A stretch of DNA of 64,000 nucleotides from an uncultured Chloroflexia bacterium. Lineage in GTDB: Bacteria; Chloroflexota; Limnocylindria; QHBO01. Shown piece after piece: positions 31,194 to 42,100 of the stretch. Under the pieces are notes generated by a model. It searched no databases. It was not told the origin of the DNA and worked only from the letters and a program-made list of their open reading frames with translations. The translations under genes and the position numbers were made by a program. Where the stretch lies: positions 1-64,000 of the forward strand of contig CAWGTN010000003.1 of the NCBI GenBank assembly GCA_963825525.1. Direction: 5' to 3'. The first letter of the stretch is position 1. The number at the start of each line of letters is the position of its first letter.

Positions 31194-31787
31194 CTATTGA
31201 GGTTCGGCCGCGTCCGCCGCAGTTGCGGGCGCGGCGCTGACCCGCATCCTGGCGAGGAGCGTCCGGAAGGCGCTGAACTCTTGATCGGCGTCACGAAGCG
31301 CACGGCCGAGATACAGGCGTGACCAGAGGTAGCCAGCCAGGAATCCGCCCGACCCATGCAGAAGGAGCAGCGCGACGACGAACGCAGCGGCATTCCCGCT
31401 CGATCCGAACGCGCCGCCCACGTAGGACACGAACTGCTGGACCAAGCCCGGGAGAGCTCCCAGCTGAGTGATCGTCGCTCCGATGAGGATCTTCGTCAGC
31501 CAGTCGGAAACCTGCTCGAGGTTGGTGTTGGCGCTGTAGCTTGGCCGCTTCGGACCTGACGCCTTCTCATCGGCCGCAGGATCCGATGTCAAGGCGCGCG
31601 GGATTCCGAACAGCAGTCCGAGGAGTCCCCCAGCGGCCAAGATGCCACCGGCCAGCAGGACGGCGATCGTCACGCCACCCCAAGAGCCGAGAATCCAGCC
31701 AGCCCCGCCCGCGATGGCAATCCCGACGGCCAGGAGCACCAGCAGCACCATCGGGGTTGGATCTGTCGCGTGTTCACGCTCAGTCAT
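31194..31787 (-). CDS. hypothetical 4-TM membrane protein
   Basis: LLFGIPR...NTNLEQVSDWLTKILIG...GFLAGYLWSR. Confidence 0.7.
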   Translation of the reverse strand: MTEREHATDPTPMVLLVLLAVGIAIAGGAGWILGSWGGVTIAVLLAGGILAAGGLLGLLFGIPRALTSDPAADEKASGPKRPSYSANTNLEQVSDWLTKILIGATITQLGALPGLVQQFVSYVGGAFGSSGNAAAFVVALLLLHGSGGFLAGYLWSRLYLGRALRDADQEFSAFRTLLARMRVSAAPATAADAAEPQ

Positions 31788-31828
31788 TGTTTCCTCCGCT
31801 GTCGAGTCCTGAACAAATGGTGGTGGTG

Positions 31829-32386
31829 TCATTGGCGGGCGATTCCCAGCTGCTCGGCGACGTCGCCGGGAGATACGAGCGCGGTGTCCTTGCGCCAGTC
31901 ATAACCCGCCCGCTCGAGCGATTCGGCGACCAGCTCACTGCAGATCACCTGGTTGCCGAACTTGATCTGTGCGGCTCCCGGAAAGACATGGCGGAACCCG
32001 CAGAAGAATGCGGTGAACCATCCATACCGCAGGCCCACGCGGCCTGCAGCGAAAGCGAGGACCTCGGTTCGATCGTTTCCGTCGTAACGCAGCCGGATCG
32101 GACGCATCTCATCGTTTCGGCTGTCGACGCGGTTCACCGCGACGCCACGAGCTGTGGCCTCGACCATCAATGCATGTCCGGCAGGGGAGTTGCCAATGGC
32201 TAGGGCGGCGTGGTTCCACCGGGATCGAGTCGCCAAGTGGATTAAGAGGGGGAGCCACAGGCTGAAGCGCCAGATCTGGCGCAGCGGCGTCGGCGTGTGG
32301 AAGATGAGGACGTCGCCTTCGCCAACGGTGGCCCCGGCCGGAAAGGACACCACTTCCGGGGCATGTTCGGCACGGCTGGCGTTCAT
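31829..32386 (-). CDS. permuted papain-like (YaeF/YiiX, NlpC/P60-related) enzyme
   Basis: GDVLIF...TRSRWNHAAL...VICSELVA...VSPGD (His before Cys). Confidence 0.75.
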   Translation of the reverse strand: MNASRAEHAPEVVSFPAGATVGEGDVLIFHTPTPLRQIWRFSLWLPLLIHLATRSRWNHAALAIGNSPAGHALMVEATARGVAVNRVDSRNDEMRPIRLRYDGNDRTEVLAFAAGRVGLRYGWFTAFFCGFRHVFPGAAQIKFGNQVICSELVAESLERAGYDWRKDTALVSPGDVAEQLGIARQ

Positions 32387-32612
32387 CGGGCCGGCCGTGT
32401 CTGAATCGCTTGGTGACGCGACGCGGGTTCTCCCGCCCATCGACTCGTCCGTAGCGAATAATAGTTGGTGACACTGTAGCGCCTCTGTCCAGAGGTACGG
32501 CCTTCGTGCACCTTCTGGGGGCATAGGGGCTCTTGCAAACGATTAGTTGAGCAGCCTAGGATCGCCGCCTGAGCGGCGTGCCCGAGATCGCCGTCGGAGG
32601 GGAGAGGGGAAT

Positions 32613-33695
32613 ATGGGCCACGTGCTTGGTGCCCTGGCACTGGCTGTCATCGGCCTGGCGTTGCTGATCATCGTTGCGCCGATCCTGCTTGTCATAGCAC
32701 TTGTCTTCATGGTCGTTGCCTGGCGGCTGCCGGCGGCGGCGTCCCGCGTGTCGACACATCCGCGGTTGGCCCCCGTGCCGTCCTCGGTGCGGTCGACACC
32801 GATGCGTTTCGCGAGCGCGCTGGTGGCTGCGACCATCGTGCTGACCGTCGCGTCCGTGGCAATCCGGGGACCCAATGAGGCCGAGCCAGCGGTCGCCGCC
32901 GCAACTCCGACCTCGACAGCTACGGCGTCACCATCCGCGACGCCAGATCCCACACGCACCGAGCGGCCGACGGCTCGCCCGACGCCACGTCCCACGCGCA
33001 CCCCAAGCCCGGAGCCCACGCCAGTGCTCGGGCAGGAGCCGACGGGTTCGACGGAGATCGGCCTGGTCGTGAACATCGTGGATGGCGACACGATTGACGT
33101 CCTCGTCGATGGCGTCGAGATGCGGGTGCGCTACATCGGCATGGATACGCCGGAGGTCCACAGTGGGTTCGAGTGGCTGGGTGCCGAGTCCAGCGCGGCC
33201 AACGCACGCCTGGTCGAGGGCAAGGAAGTCGTGCTCGAGAAGGACGTGTCGGAGACGGACCAGTACGGGCGCGCGCTGCGCTACGTCTGGTTGCACGACG
33301 GCGGCGAGTGGTTGCTGGTGAACCTTGAGCTCATTCGGCTGGGATTCGCGGTCGTGACGACCTACCCACCCGACGTGAAGTACGTGGATGACTTCTACCT
33401 GCCGGCGCAGGAAGTCGCCCGCGACGCGGGATTGGGTCAATGGGGCAGTCCGCCCACTCCGGCCCCTACGCCGGTCCCGCCGCCGCCTCCTCCAGCGCCA
33501 ACGGCGGCGCCGATTCTGCCGATCGTGCCGTCGAACTGCGAGCCCTCATATCCCGGAATCTGCATTCCGATCGGATCGGCCGATCTCGATTGCGGCGAGA
33601 TCCAATGGCGACGCTTCCAGGTTCGCTGGGACGTGCCCAACCCTGACCCGCACCGGTTCGACGGTGATGGGGACGGCATCGGCTGCGAGTCGTGA
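32613..33695 (+). CDS. membrane-anchored thermonuclease (SNase) with C-terminal Excalibur-like Ca-binding domain
   Basis: VDGDTIDV, RYIGMDTPE, DQYGRALRYV; CEPSYP...DLDC...DGDGDGIGCE. Confidence 0.9.
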   Translation: MGHVLGALALAVIGLALLIIVAPILLVIALVFMVVAWRLPAAASRVSTHPRLAPVPSSVRSTPMRFASALVAATIVLTVASVAIRGPNEAEPAVAAATPTSTATASPSATPDPTRTERPTARPTPRPTRTPSPEPTPVLGQEPTGSTEIGLVVNIVDGDTIDVLVDGVEMRVRYIGMDTPEVHSGFEWLGAESSAANARLVEGKEVVLEKDVSETDQYGRALRYVWLHDGGEWLLVNLELIRLGFAVVTTYPPDVKYVDDFYLPAQEVARDAGLGQWGSPPTPAPTPVPPPPPPAPTAAPILPIVPSNCEPSYPGICIPIGSADLDCGEIQWRRFQVRWDVPNPDPHRFDGDGDGIGCES

Positions 33696-33840
33696 GGCTT
33701 AGACCTTCCCTTCAGGCTTCCGCTGCGACCGGCTCATAAGCCGCACGCTACCTGGGCTGCTGGGACCATCTCGGTCACTCCATTGATTGCGTCGCTGCCC
33801 TCAGTCATCGGGACCGGCATCGCATGGGTTCCGCTGGCCT

Positions 33841-34998
33841 TCATGGTCGACGGGGTGACGATGCTGCAGCTGCCGGTGCGCGTCGTCGGCGCCGGTGAGA
33901 CGGCGAGCGCGTTGTCTCGCCCTCCGCACCGAACATATGATCGACGAGGTAGGCAGCGTCGCGACCGACTCCGCCGAGCAGCGCGCTGGCGCCGGAGTAC
34001 ATGAACGGCAGGCCGATGAATGACAGCCCCGGGACGCCGGTGACGATCCCGCGCCTCTGCATCGGCCAGCCATCGGGGCCGGTGACGGGAAAATGGATCC
34101 ATTCATGGTCCGGACGGAAGCCCGTGGCCCACACAACGTTCGCAACCTCCATCGTGCGGCCGTCATCGAGCACCGGATTCCCGTCACGGACTCCCTCCAC
34201 CCGGGCATGGATGCGCTCCACGCCGGCGTCGACGAGATCCTGCGGCTGAACGCGCTCGAGCGGCAGACCGTGGTCACGGATGTCCGCCTGCGCCTTGCGA
34301 CCCATCGGCGTGTCCATGGTGGCGATGTGGTTGATGAAGAACCAGAAGAAGGTGTCGAAGAGCCTGGCCAGCCGATCCTCCGGCCGGAACGGCATCTTGC
34401 CCACGTTGCGTCCGCAGAGCGCGGTTCGGTGGCCCTTCGCCGCCAACAGTGCGATCTCGGCGCCCGAATTGCTGGCGCCGACGACGAGCACGGGCCCGTC
34501 GCGCAGCTGCGAGGCGGTCCGGAAGTTACGCGAGTGGATCTGGAGGATGGCCGGGTCGAGGTCGCTCGCGATGTCGGGGATTCGAGGACGGTCGAATGCG
34601 CCGGTTGCGACGACGACCTGGTGTGCGAGGTACTCGTGCTCGCCGGCCGCGACCCGAAAACGGTGTCCGTTCGTGCCGGGCCACACGTCGTCGACCCGGA
34701 CGCCGTTGTGCAGGGGCAGTGCCCACCGCGCCGCGTACGCGTCGAGATAGTCGGCCACCTCGTCCTTGGTCGGAAACCCATGCGGATCACCGGGGAACGG
34801 CGTCCCGGGCAGGCTGTCCAGGCGGGCAGACGTGAAGAGGCTGAGTCCCTCCCATCGAGTGCGCCACGCGTCGCCCACCCGTGCGTGCGCGTCGAGGATG
34901 ACGAAGTTCCGCCGCCGCTTGGCCAGGTGGTGGCCGACGGCAAGCCCCGCCTGTCCGCCGCCGATGACCACGGTGTCGTACTGCTCCGTCTGCACCAT
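33841..34998 (-). CDS. flavin-containing monooxygenase-like FAD/NAD(P) oxidoreductase
   Basis: VIGGGQAG, VVATG, QIHSRNFR, VVGASNSG, WATGFRP. Confidence 0.85.
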   Translation of the reverse strand: MVQTEQYDTVVIGGGQAGLAVGHHLAKRRRNFVILDAHARVGDAWRTRWEGLSLFTSARLDSLPGTPFPGDPHGFPTKDEVADYLDAYAARWALPLHNGVRVDDVWPGTNGHRFRVAAGEHEYLAHQVVVATGAFDRPRIPDIASDLDPAILQIHSRNFRTASQLRDGPVLVVGASNSGAEIALLAAKGHRTALCGRNVGKMPFRPEDRLARLFDTFFWFFINHIATMDTPMGRKAQADIRDHGLPLERVQPQDLVDAGVERIHARVEGVRDGNPVLDDGRTMEVANVVWATGFRPDHEWIHFPVTGPDGWPMQRRGIVTGVPGLSFIGLPFMYSGASALLGGVGRDAAYLVDHMFGAEGETTRSPSHRRRRRAPAAAASSPRRP

Positions 34999-35105
34999 CT
35001 CCCTGTTCTCCAGCTGCGAACTGATGCAGACCACGATCCGATGAGCGGAGCCGATGGCGCATCGGACGAACGATCCATTCCACGGAGCAACCGCGATGGG
35101 TTGAT

Positions 35106-36770
35106 CTATGTAGACGGCCGGATGAGGTCGTGCTCGTAGGCGTAGCCCGTCGCGGCAGCGCGCGACGAGACGCCGAGCTTGTCGAAGATGTTGCTCAGGT
35201 GGCGCGCGACCGTCTTCTCGCTGATAACCAGCTCGACCGCCACGGCCCGGTTCGTCATTCCTGCGGCCACCAGGCGGAGCACTTCCACCTCACGCGTCGT
35301 CAAGCCGCCGGCAAGGGCAGCCGGCTTCCCCGCTTCGAGCTGGTTCAGGGCCGCGAGATCGGGGGTGGCGCCGAGGCGGCCGAACACATCACGCGCGGCG
35401 TCGAACTCCATGGCTGCGGCATCGTCGTCACCCAGCCGACGACAGGCGAGCCCGATGAGGACCCGTGCCCGCGCCGCCTCGTACGGGGCATCGAGCTCAT
35501 GCCACGCCGCCCACGAGGCGCGCAGGGCGATCAACGCGGCTCGCGGATCGCCCTCGACGAGGAGAACGGAGCCCTCGGCCCGCTTCGCCATGGCGCGCAG
35601 CTGCATCGAGCCGATCTCGTCCGCGACCATCCCCATCTCGTCCGCTGCCACGCGTGCCGAGTCAGCCGATCCGACGGCGAGCATGATCTCCACCAGCGGT
35701 CCGAGCAACCGGGCCCGGGCGAAGACGTTCGTGGTCTCGTCGATCGCGCGACGGATCGCCGCCGCGGCGGCCGTTGTGCGGCCATGGGCCAACCACAGCA
35801 GCGCGATGCCCGGTTCGGGGGCTCGGCCCAGGCTGCTCGCGCGTCGATACGCGGTCTCTGCCCTGGCCAGCTCGCCCCGCAGCCGATGCAGCTCGGCCGT
35901 CTGGTAGACGGCCTCCCCGAGGGCCGGATCGGGCTCGGGCTCGGCCAGCCGCTGGCTGGCCTCCAGCGCCTCGGCGGCAGCCTCCTGCCATGCCCCGTGG
36001 AACTGCTTGAGCTCGGCGCGGCTGAGCAGGCACTGTCCGCGGAAGGACACGAGCTGCGGTTGCGCCTCGCACCATCGGTCGAGCGCCTCGGTCCACTCCT
36101 GCGCCCTCCGAAGGTCGAAGACCTGCTGGCATGAGGCAATGACCGAGCAGTAGGCGATGCCGACCACCACAGCCGACACCTCGTCCGACGTGGCCGAGAC
36201 CATGACCTCGTCCATGAGCGCGAGGCCCTCCTCGGGCCGGCGGAGCTCGATGAGCGCCTCCCCCTGTCCCAGCCGCGCCAGGACCAGGAGGTCGGGATCC
36301 GAGAATGTCGTGGCGATGCGTTCGCCCCGAATGTAACTCTCCAGGGCCGCCGTCGGTTCACCGAGCGCGAGGCTCCTCGCCGCCGCGGCGACGATGAGAT
36401 ATCCCGACTCGACCCGTTCTCGGTCGTCCTGCCCGATGAGGCGCTCGGCGCGGGCGAGCCACCCCGCGGCCGGCGCCATCTCTCCGCGACCCAGGTGCTC
36501 GACCGCTACCCAGAACGCGGCGCGGGCCGCCCGTCCAACGTCCCCGGTGCGCACCGACTCCTGGTAGGCGCGGCGGGTTGCCGCCGCGCTCTCCTCGAAC
36601 TTTCCGAGCAGCTGCGCGGCGAGGGCAAGCCGCTCCAGGTCTTCCGGGGCGAGAGGCTCAGCGCGGTCCGAGGCGGAGAGGAGGGCATCCGCATCGGCCC
36701 ATGCCCGGCGGCTGAACGCCTCGCGTCCTTGCTGGAGCGTCGTCCGTCGCAGGCTCTCGCGTGATGCCAT
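35106..36770 (-). CDS. LuxR-family HTH regulator with TPR-like region
   Basis: C-terminal LTTREVEVLRLVAAGMTNRAVAVELVISEKTVARHLSNIFDKL. Confidence 0.9.
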   Translation of the reverse strand: MASRESLRRTTLQQGREAFSRRAWADADALLSASDRAEPLAPEDLERLALAAQLLGKFEESAAATRRAYQESVRTGDVGRAARAAFWVAVEHLGRGEMAPAAGWLARAERLIGQDDRERVESGYLIVAAAARSLALGEPTAALESYIRGERIATTFSDPDLLVLARLGQGEALIELRRPEEGLALMDEVMVSATSDEVSAVVVGIAYCSVIASCQQVFDLRRAQEWTEALDRWCEAQPQLVSFRGQCLLSRAELKQFHGAWQEAAAEALEASQRLAEPEPDPALGEAVYQTAELHRLRGELARAETAYRRASSLGRAPEPGIALLWLAHGRTTAAAAAIRRAIDETTNVFARARLLGPLVEIMLAVGSADSARVAADEMGMVADEIGSMQLRAMAKRAEGSVLLVEGDPRAALIALRASWAAWHELDAPYEAARARVLIGLACRRLGDDDAAAMEFDAARDVFGRLGATPDLAALNQLEAGKPAALAGGLTTREVEVLRLVAAGMTNRAVAVELVISEKTVARHLSNIFDKLGVSSRAAATGYAYEHDLIRPST

Positions 36771-37211
36771 GGCACAGTAGTGTCTGCCATGGACGGTGCC
36801 CTGCCAAGACGCCAAGTCGCGTGCCATCGTTGGAGGCTCGCGATCGCCTGATCCGATGGCGCGTGGAGACCGTACCGGTAGGCGACCGGAAGCGGTCTGC
36901 TGGTCGGTGCCGTCAGGAACTCAGGCAGACCCACCGTCGATCTATCGAGAAAATACATCGGGATCGGCATCGCGATGATGGCCGTCGGCTGGATTGTTCT
37001 CGGGCTCGATCTCGCCATGCGCCGGGTCACGATGCAGCCCAGCTCCTACGAGTTGGTGTGTGCGAGGTGTGGTGTGCTGGAGGATCCCCCCGAGGTGCAG
37101 GCGAGTCCCGGCCCCGGGATGTCGGCCGAGCACCTCGCCCGCAAGCGGGACTTGAGAGCCGGCCGATTGGCGACCTGAGAGGTCGCCCGTTCCCCGGTAC
37201 CACCGGGCCTC

Positions 37212-37349
37212 CGCGACTTGTCATGTGCTCGCATGGTTCGCATTAGCCGGCCGTGAGGGTCAAGCTGGCGCGGGTCCACGCTCGGGCGACGGCGTTCGAG
37301 GTCTCCGGAGCTCGCTAATGCGAACCTGGAGAGCATTTGGCAGGACGCG
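37212..37349 (+). repeat. palindromic intergenic element, family 1 copy 1
   Basis: Arms GGTTCGCATTAGC / GCTAATGCGAACC; central TCCACGCTC. Confidence 0.85.
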
Positions 37350-37354
37350 AACCC

Positions 37355-38332
37355 TCACTCGGGTGACACGGCGCGGTCCCGAGCAGCGCGGGCGCGGCGC
37401 TTGCCCTCGTGCATGGCCTGGACCCGCCCGATCGGGATGGCATGGCCCTCCGCGATGAGATCAGAGGGCAACCGCTGCGGCTCCGGCATGTGCTCGCGCC
37501 ACGGATCGCGATCGCCGAGCTGCTTGAGCGCGGTGTGGATGGTGAAATCGGACGGGGTGATGTCGTCGAGGTCCTCCCACGCGATCGGGAAGGAGACGGG
37601 GACACCCGGTCGGACGCGCGGACTATAGGCAGCGATCACGGTGGCGCCGCCGACCCTGGTCGCGTCGACGAAGACCTTCCCGCCGCGATCGGCCCTGACG
37701 AACGCTGTGGTCGCGATGTCCGGATCCAGGTGCTCGGCGCGCGCCGCGATCGCCCGGGTTGCGGCGCCCGCGTCCTCCAGCGAACCGGTGTCGTCTATCG
37801 GCACGAACACGTGGAGCCCCTTGGCACCGCTGGTCTTCACGGCTCCCGCCAGGCCGACATCGGTCAGCGCCTGGCGAACCGCATGGGCGACCCGAACCGC
37901 CAGCGGGAACGCATCGGCCTCCGGGGGGTCGAGGTCGAGCACCAGGTGGGTCATCCGGTCCGGTTGATCGACGCGCACCAGGGCGGGGTGATACTCGATC
38001 GCCCGCTGGTTGGCGAACCACAGCAGCGTCCGGCGGTCGTTGCACAGCGCGTAGGACACGTCCCGGTTCGACGACTCGGCCCACATGCGCACCGTCCGCA
38101 CCCACGACGGCGTGTACTTCGGCACGTTCTTCTGCATGAAGGCTTCCTGGCCCCGATGAACCCGAATGACCGACAGCGGCCGCTCCTCGAGCACGGGGAG
38201 GATCCGATCCCGGACAGCGTCGAGGTACTCCACCAGGTCCCGCTTCGTCGCGCCGGCTCCGTCGAACAGGGGCTGGTCCAGGTTCGTCAGCCGGACGCCA
38301 TCGCGTTCTTCGGCTTCACTCGCGGTGCTCAT
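37355..38332 (-). CDS. stand-alone LigD-type polymerase/primase domain protein
   Basis: TKRDLVEY, FMQKN, LDLDPP, KTSGAKGLHV, YSPRVRPG. Confidence 0.85.
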   Translation of the reverse strand: MSTASEAEERDGVRLTNLDQPLFDGAGATKRDLVEYLDAVRDRILPVLEERPLSVIRVHRGQEAFMQKNVPKYTPSWVRTVRMWAESSNRDVSYALCNDRRTLLWFANQRAIEYHPALVRVDQPDRMTHLVLDLDPPEADAFPLAVRVAHAVRQALTDVGLAGAVKTSGAKGLHVFVPIDDTGSLEDAGAATRAIAARAEHLDPDIATTAFVRADRGGKVFVDATRVGGATVIAAYSPRVRPGVPVSFPIAWEDLDDITPSDFTIHTALKQLGDRDPWREHMPEPQRLPSDLIAEGHAIPIGRVQAMHEGKRRARAARDRAVSPE

Positions 38333-38606
38333 GGCGCGTGAAACGCTATCACGGCCCTCTCGGCGCCACGCTGGTCGTGCGAGCTGGCCGCGCCCAACGC
38401 ACCCTGTTCAGCTATTACCGGGGCGTCTTACCACTGACCGATCTCTCGGGCCGACGGAGCTGCGGAGCACGCCATGGCGAAGTAGAAGAGGGCCGAGGTG
38501 AGGCCGACCGCCGCGGTGGCGCGCGCTGCCAGCGAGCCGGCTGACGGCATGGGCCGATCGGACACCACCGGGACGCCGATCAGCAGGGACGCCGCCATGG
38601 TGATGA

Positions 38607-39135
38607 GTGCCAGACCTCGTCAAGGGTCGGTATAATGCTTCGGTTGCATCGAACTATCCGGAGATAACGAACATTTCGTCAGGACCGAACGAAGACCTGA
38701 TCGGCCGCGTCATCGCAGCGTACGACCGCTTCTATGCCTCGATCGCCAGGCTGCACGCGCCGCACGTCATCGAGCTCAGCCTCACGCTGGCCCAGCTCAA
38801 GGCGCTGTATCTGATCGCGTCCTCGGGATCGATGAGGATGCGCGAGGTCGCGGAGCGACTCGGGACGGCCGCCTCGACCACCAGCGAGGTGGTGCACGGG
38901 CTCGTCCAGCTGGGCCTGCTCGAGCGCGTCGAGGATCCCGCCGACCGCCGCCAGGTTGCTAGTCCGTCCGACGCCGGCGGCCGCCGAACGGCTCGAGGAC
39001 TTCTCGGAGCTGGGCCACAACCGCATTCGCGAGCTGCTGGCGCACGTTCAGGCGCCCGACGATCTCGTAGTCATCCAACGAGCGATCGACCTGCTTGCCG
39101 ATGCGGCCGTCGCCGCCGAAAGGAACCCGAGCTAG
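38607..39135 (+). CDS. MarR-family regulator, frameshift near 38960; start uncertain
   Basis: LTLAQLKAL...VAERLGTAASTTSEVVHGLVQLGLLERVEDPADRR; stop abuts the RND start. Confidence 0.8.
38631..38676 (+). promoter_or_regulatory. -10 box and tandem MarR-type operators
   Basis: TATAAT at 38631 followed by TTCGGTTGCATCGAACTAT and TCCGGAGATAACGAACAT. Confidence 0.5.
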
Positions 39136-42100
39136 ATGAACTGGATCACCCGCGCCGCCGTGAGCCGGCGGAGCGTCACAATGCTGCTGGCGACCGGCCT
39201 CTTCGTCGCCGGCCTGCTGTCATGGGGGAGCCTCAAGCAGGAGCTCCTGCCCGACGTCGAGTTCCCGGTCGCGACCGTGATCGCTCCGTTCCCGGCCGCC
39301 GGCGCCGATGACGTGGCCACCCAGGTGGTCGCACCGATCGAGCGCGCACTCCAGTCGATCGGCGGCGTCGACCAGCTGCGGTCCACGTCGGCGAACTCCA
39401 TCGGCTTCGTCACCGTGCAGTTCGAGTACGGGACCGATATCGACGAGGCGACGACCGCCATGGAGGAGTCGATCGCCGCCCTCGGTCTGCCGGACGGCGT
39501 CGAGCCGGTCGTATCCGCGCTCAACATCAACGCCTCGCCGGTGATCGTGGCCGCCATCTCGTCCGAGTCGGCATCCCTGGCCGAGCTGGGCGGCATCGCG
39601 ACGGACCTCATCGTTCCCAAGCTCGAGGGCATCTCCGGCGTCGCCGACGTCGAGCTCAACGGCGGCCTCGAGGAGCGGGTGACGATCACCCTCGACCCGA
39701 CGGCGCTGGCGGCAAGTGGCATCGGCGTCCCGCAGATCCAGGGCGCGCTCGCCGCGGCCAACGTGACGATCCCGTCCGGTGAGCTGCCGTCCGACAACGA
39801 GTCGATCCCGGTCACCACCATCGGCGCGATCGGCTCCGTGGAGGAGCTCGAGGGCGTGATCATCGGCGCCAATCCGTCCACCACGCCGCCGACGCCGGTG
39901 ACGCTGGGTGACGTGGCCGACATCGCGACCGACGAGGTCGCCACCACGGGCTACGCCCGCATCAACGGCTCCGAGGCCCTGGGGCTGACGGTGAGCAAGA
40001 CCTCGTCCGCCAACACCGTGGACGTTTCCGATGCCGTGAGCGAGGCGCTCGACGAGATCGTCGCCGAGAGCGGCGCGGACCTCGAGATCGAGATCGTCTC
40101 CGACCAGGCCGACTTCATCATCGAGTCGCGCGATGGCCTGCTGCGCGAGGGTGGCCTCGGCGCCGTGTTCGCCATCCTGACGATCTTCGCCTTCCTGTTC
40201 AGCCTGCGATCGACGTTCGTCGCCGCGCTCAGCATTCCGCTCTCGCTGCTCATCGCCGTGGTCGCCATGCAGCTGTCCGGGATCACGATGAACATCATGA
40301 CCCTCGGCGGGCTGGCGGTCGCCGTGGGCCGAGTGGTCGACGACTCGATCGTCGTGCTCGAGAACATCTACCGGCACCGCGCCATGGGGGAGGACCGCCT
40401 GACGGCCTCGCTGCGGGGGCCGGCCGAGGTCGCCGGGGCGGTCACCTGGAGCACGCTGACGACCGTCGCCGTGTTCCTGCCGCTCGGCTTCGCCGGCGGG
40501 CTGATCAGCCAGTTCTTCCTGCCGTTCGCCCTCACCACCGCGTTCGCGCTGCTCGGGTCGCTGCTGGTCGCCCTGACCGTGATCCCGGTGCTGGCCTACT
40601 TCCTGGTGTCGGCCCCGTCGGGGTCGGTCGACGAGTCCGGTGAGCCGATGCGCTCCATCTGGGTCCGCATCTACGACCCGACGATCCGCGCCACGCTGCG
40701 CAACCGATGGACTCGGCTGGGTGCGGTCCTTGGGGCCCTGCTCCTGTTCGTCGCGTCACTCGCGATCGTGCCGCTGCTCCCGACGACCTTCCTCAACTCC
40801 GGGTCGGAGAAGATCCTCGTTATCAACGTCGCGCCTCCGGCCGGGGCGAGCTCGCTCGCGGTGCGCGACCGCTCCGCCGAGGCCGAGGATCTCGTTCTTG
40901 GCGACGACGAGGTGGAGCTCGTCCAGACCACCGTACCGCCGGAGGGCGACACCGGTTTCCGGACGCTGATCTCCGCACAGGCGGGACGCGCCGCGAACTC
41001 GGCAACCATGTTCGTCCGCCTGGACTCCGACGCCGACCTCGAGGAAGCCGCGCTGCGGCTCGAGGAGACGCTTGGCCCGATCGAAACCGATGGGTGGGAC
41101 GCGACCGTCCAGCAGGCCAGCGGGCCTGGTGGATCGAGCAACCTCGCGCTCGTGGTGAGCGGACCCGACCTCGACTCGGTGGAGATGGGCACGGCCACGA
41201 TCATCGACGCCGTCGCGCCGATCGAGGGCCTCGGGACGGTCACCAGCGACCTGGTGGCAGCCGCGCCGCAGGTCGAGATCCGGGTCGACACCCGTCGCGC
41301 TGCCGCGGCCGGAGTCAGTGCGGCCCAGGTGGGCGGGGTCGTGCGCGGCGCCCTGACGCCAACTCCGGTCACCACCATCCGTCCGGATGACGCCGGCGCC
41401 GAGCCGGTGCAGGTGATTCTTCAGCTCGATCCGGAGGCCGTCGACTCGGTCGAGGCACTCGGCCGGCTGCCGGTCGGACCGGGCGTGACCCTGGCCGACG
41501 TCGCGACGATCGACGAGCAGAACGTCCGCGCCACGGTGAGCCGGGTCGGCGGCACCGCCTCGTCAACAGTGAGCGGCGAGGTCATCGGCGAGGACACCGG
41601 CGCGATCTCGGCGGCGGTCCAGGCCGAGCTCGATCGGCTCGAAAATGACGGGGAGCTGCCCGCGGGCGTATCGGTCTCGGTCGGTGGCGTCAGCCAGCAG
41701 CAGGCTGAGGCATTCGGCGGCCTCTTCGTCGCGATGGGAGTGGCGGTGGCGCTCGTCTACCTGATGCTGGTCCTTGCGTTCAACTCGCTGATCACGCCGT
41801 TCATCCTGCTGTTCAGCCTCCCGCTGGCGACGATCGGCGCCTTCCCGGCGCTGCTCCTCACCGGGAGGCCGATCGGGATCAGCGCCCTCATCGGCTTCCT
41901 CATGCTCATCGGGATCGTGGTGACCAACGCGATCGTGCTGCTCGACCTCGTCGAGCGGCTGCGGGCGGAGGGCGTGCCGTTGAAGGAGGCCCTCATCCGG
42001 GGCGGTCACACCCGCGTGCGGCCGATCCTCATGACGGCGCTGGCCACGATCCTTGCCCTCGTTCCGCTGGCGGCGGGGCTCAACGAGGGATCGATCATCG

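Noticed and set aside
36937-36948. Single TCGATCTATCGA matching the family 3 dyad
   Set aside because: Isolated, with no companion dyads at 51/65/50 spacing; may be chance.
38430-38620. Minus-strand hydrophobic reading frame upstream of MarR
   Set aside because: Possibly a membrane-gene remnant, but too short and without a motif.
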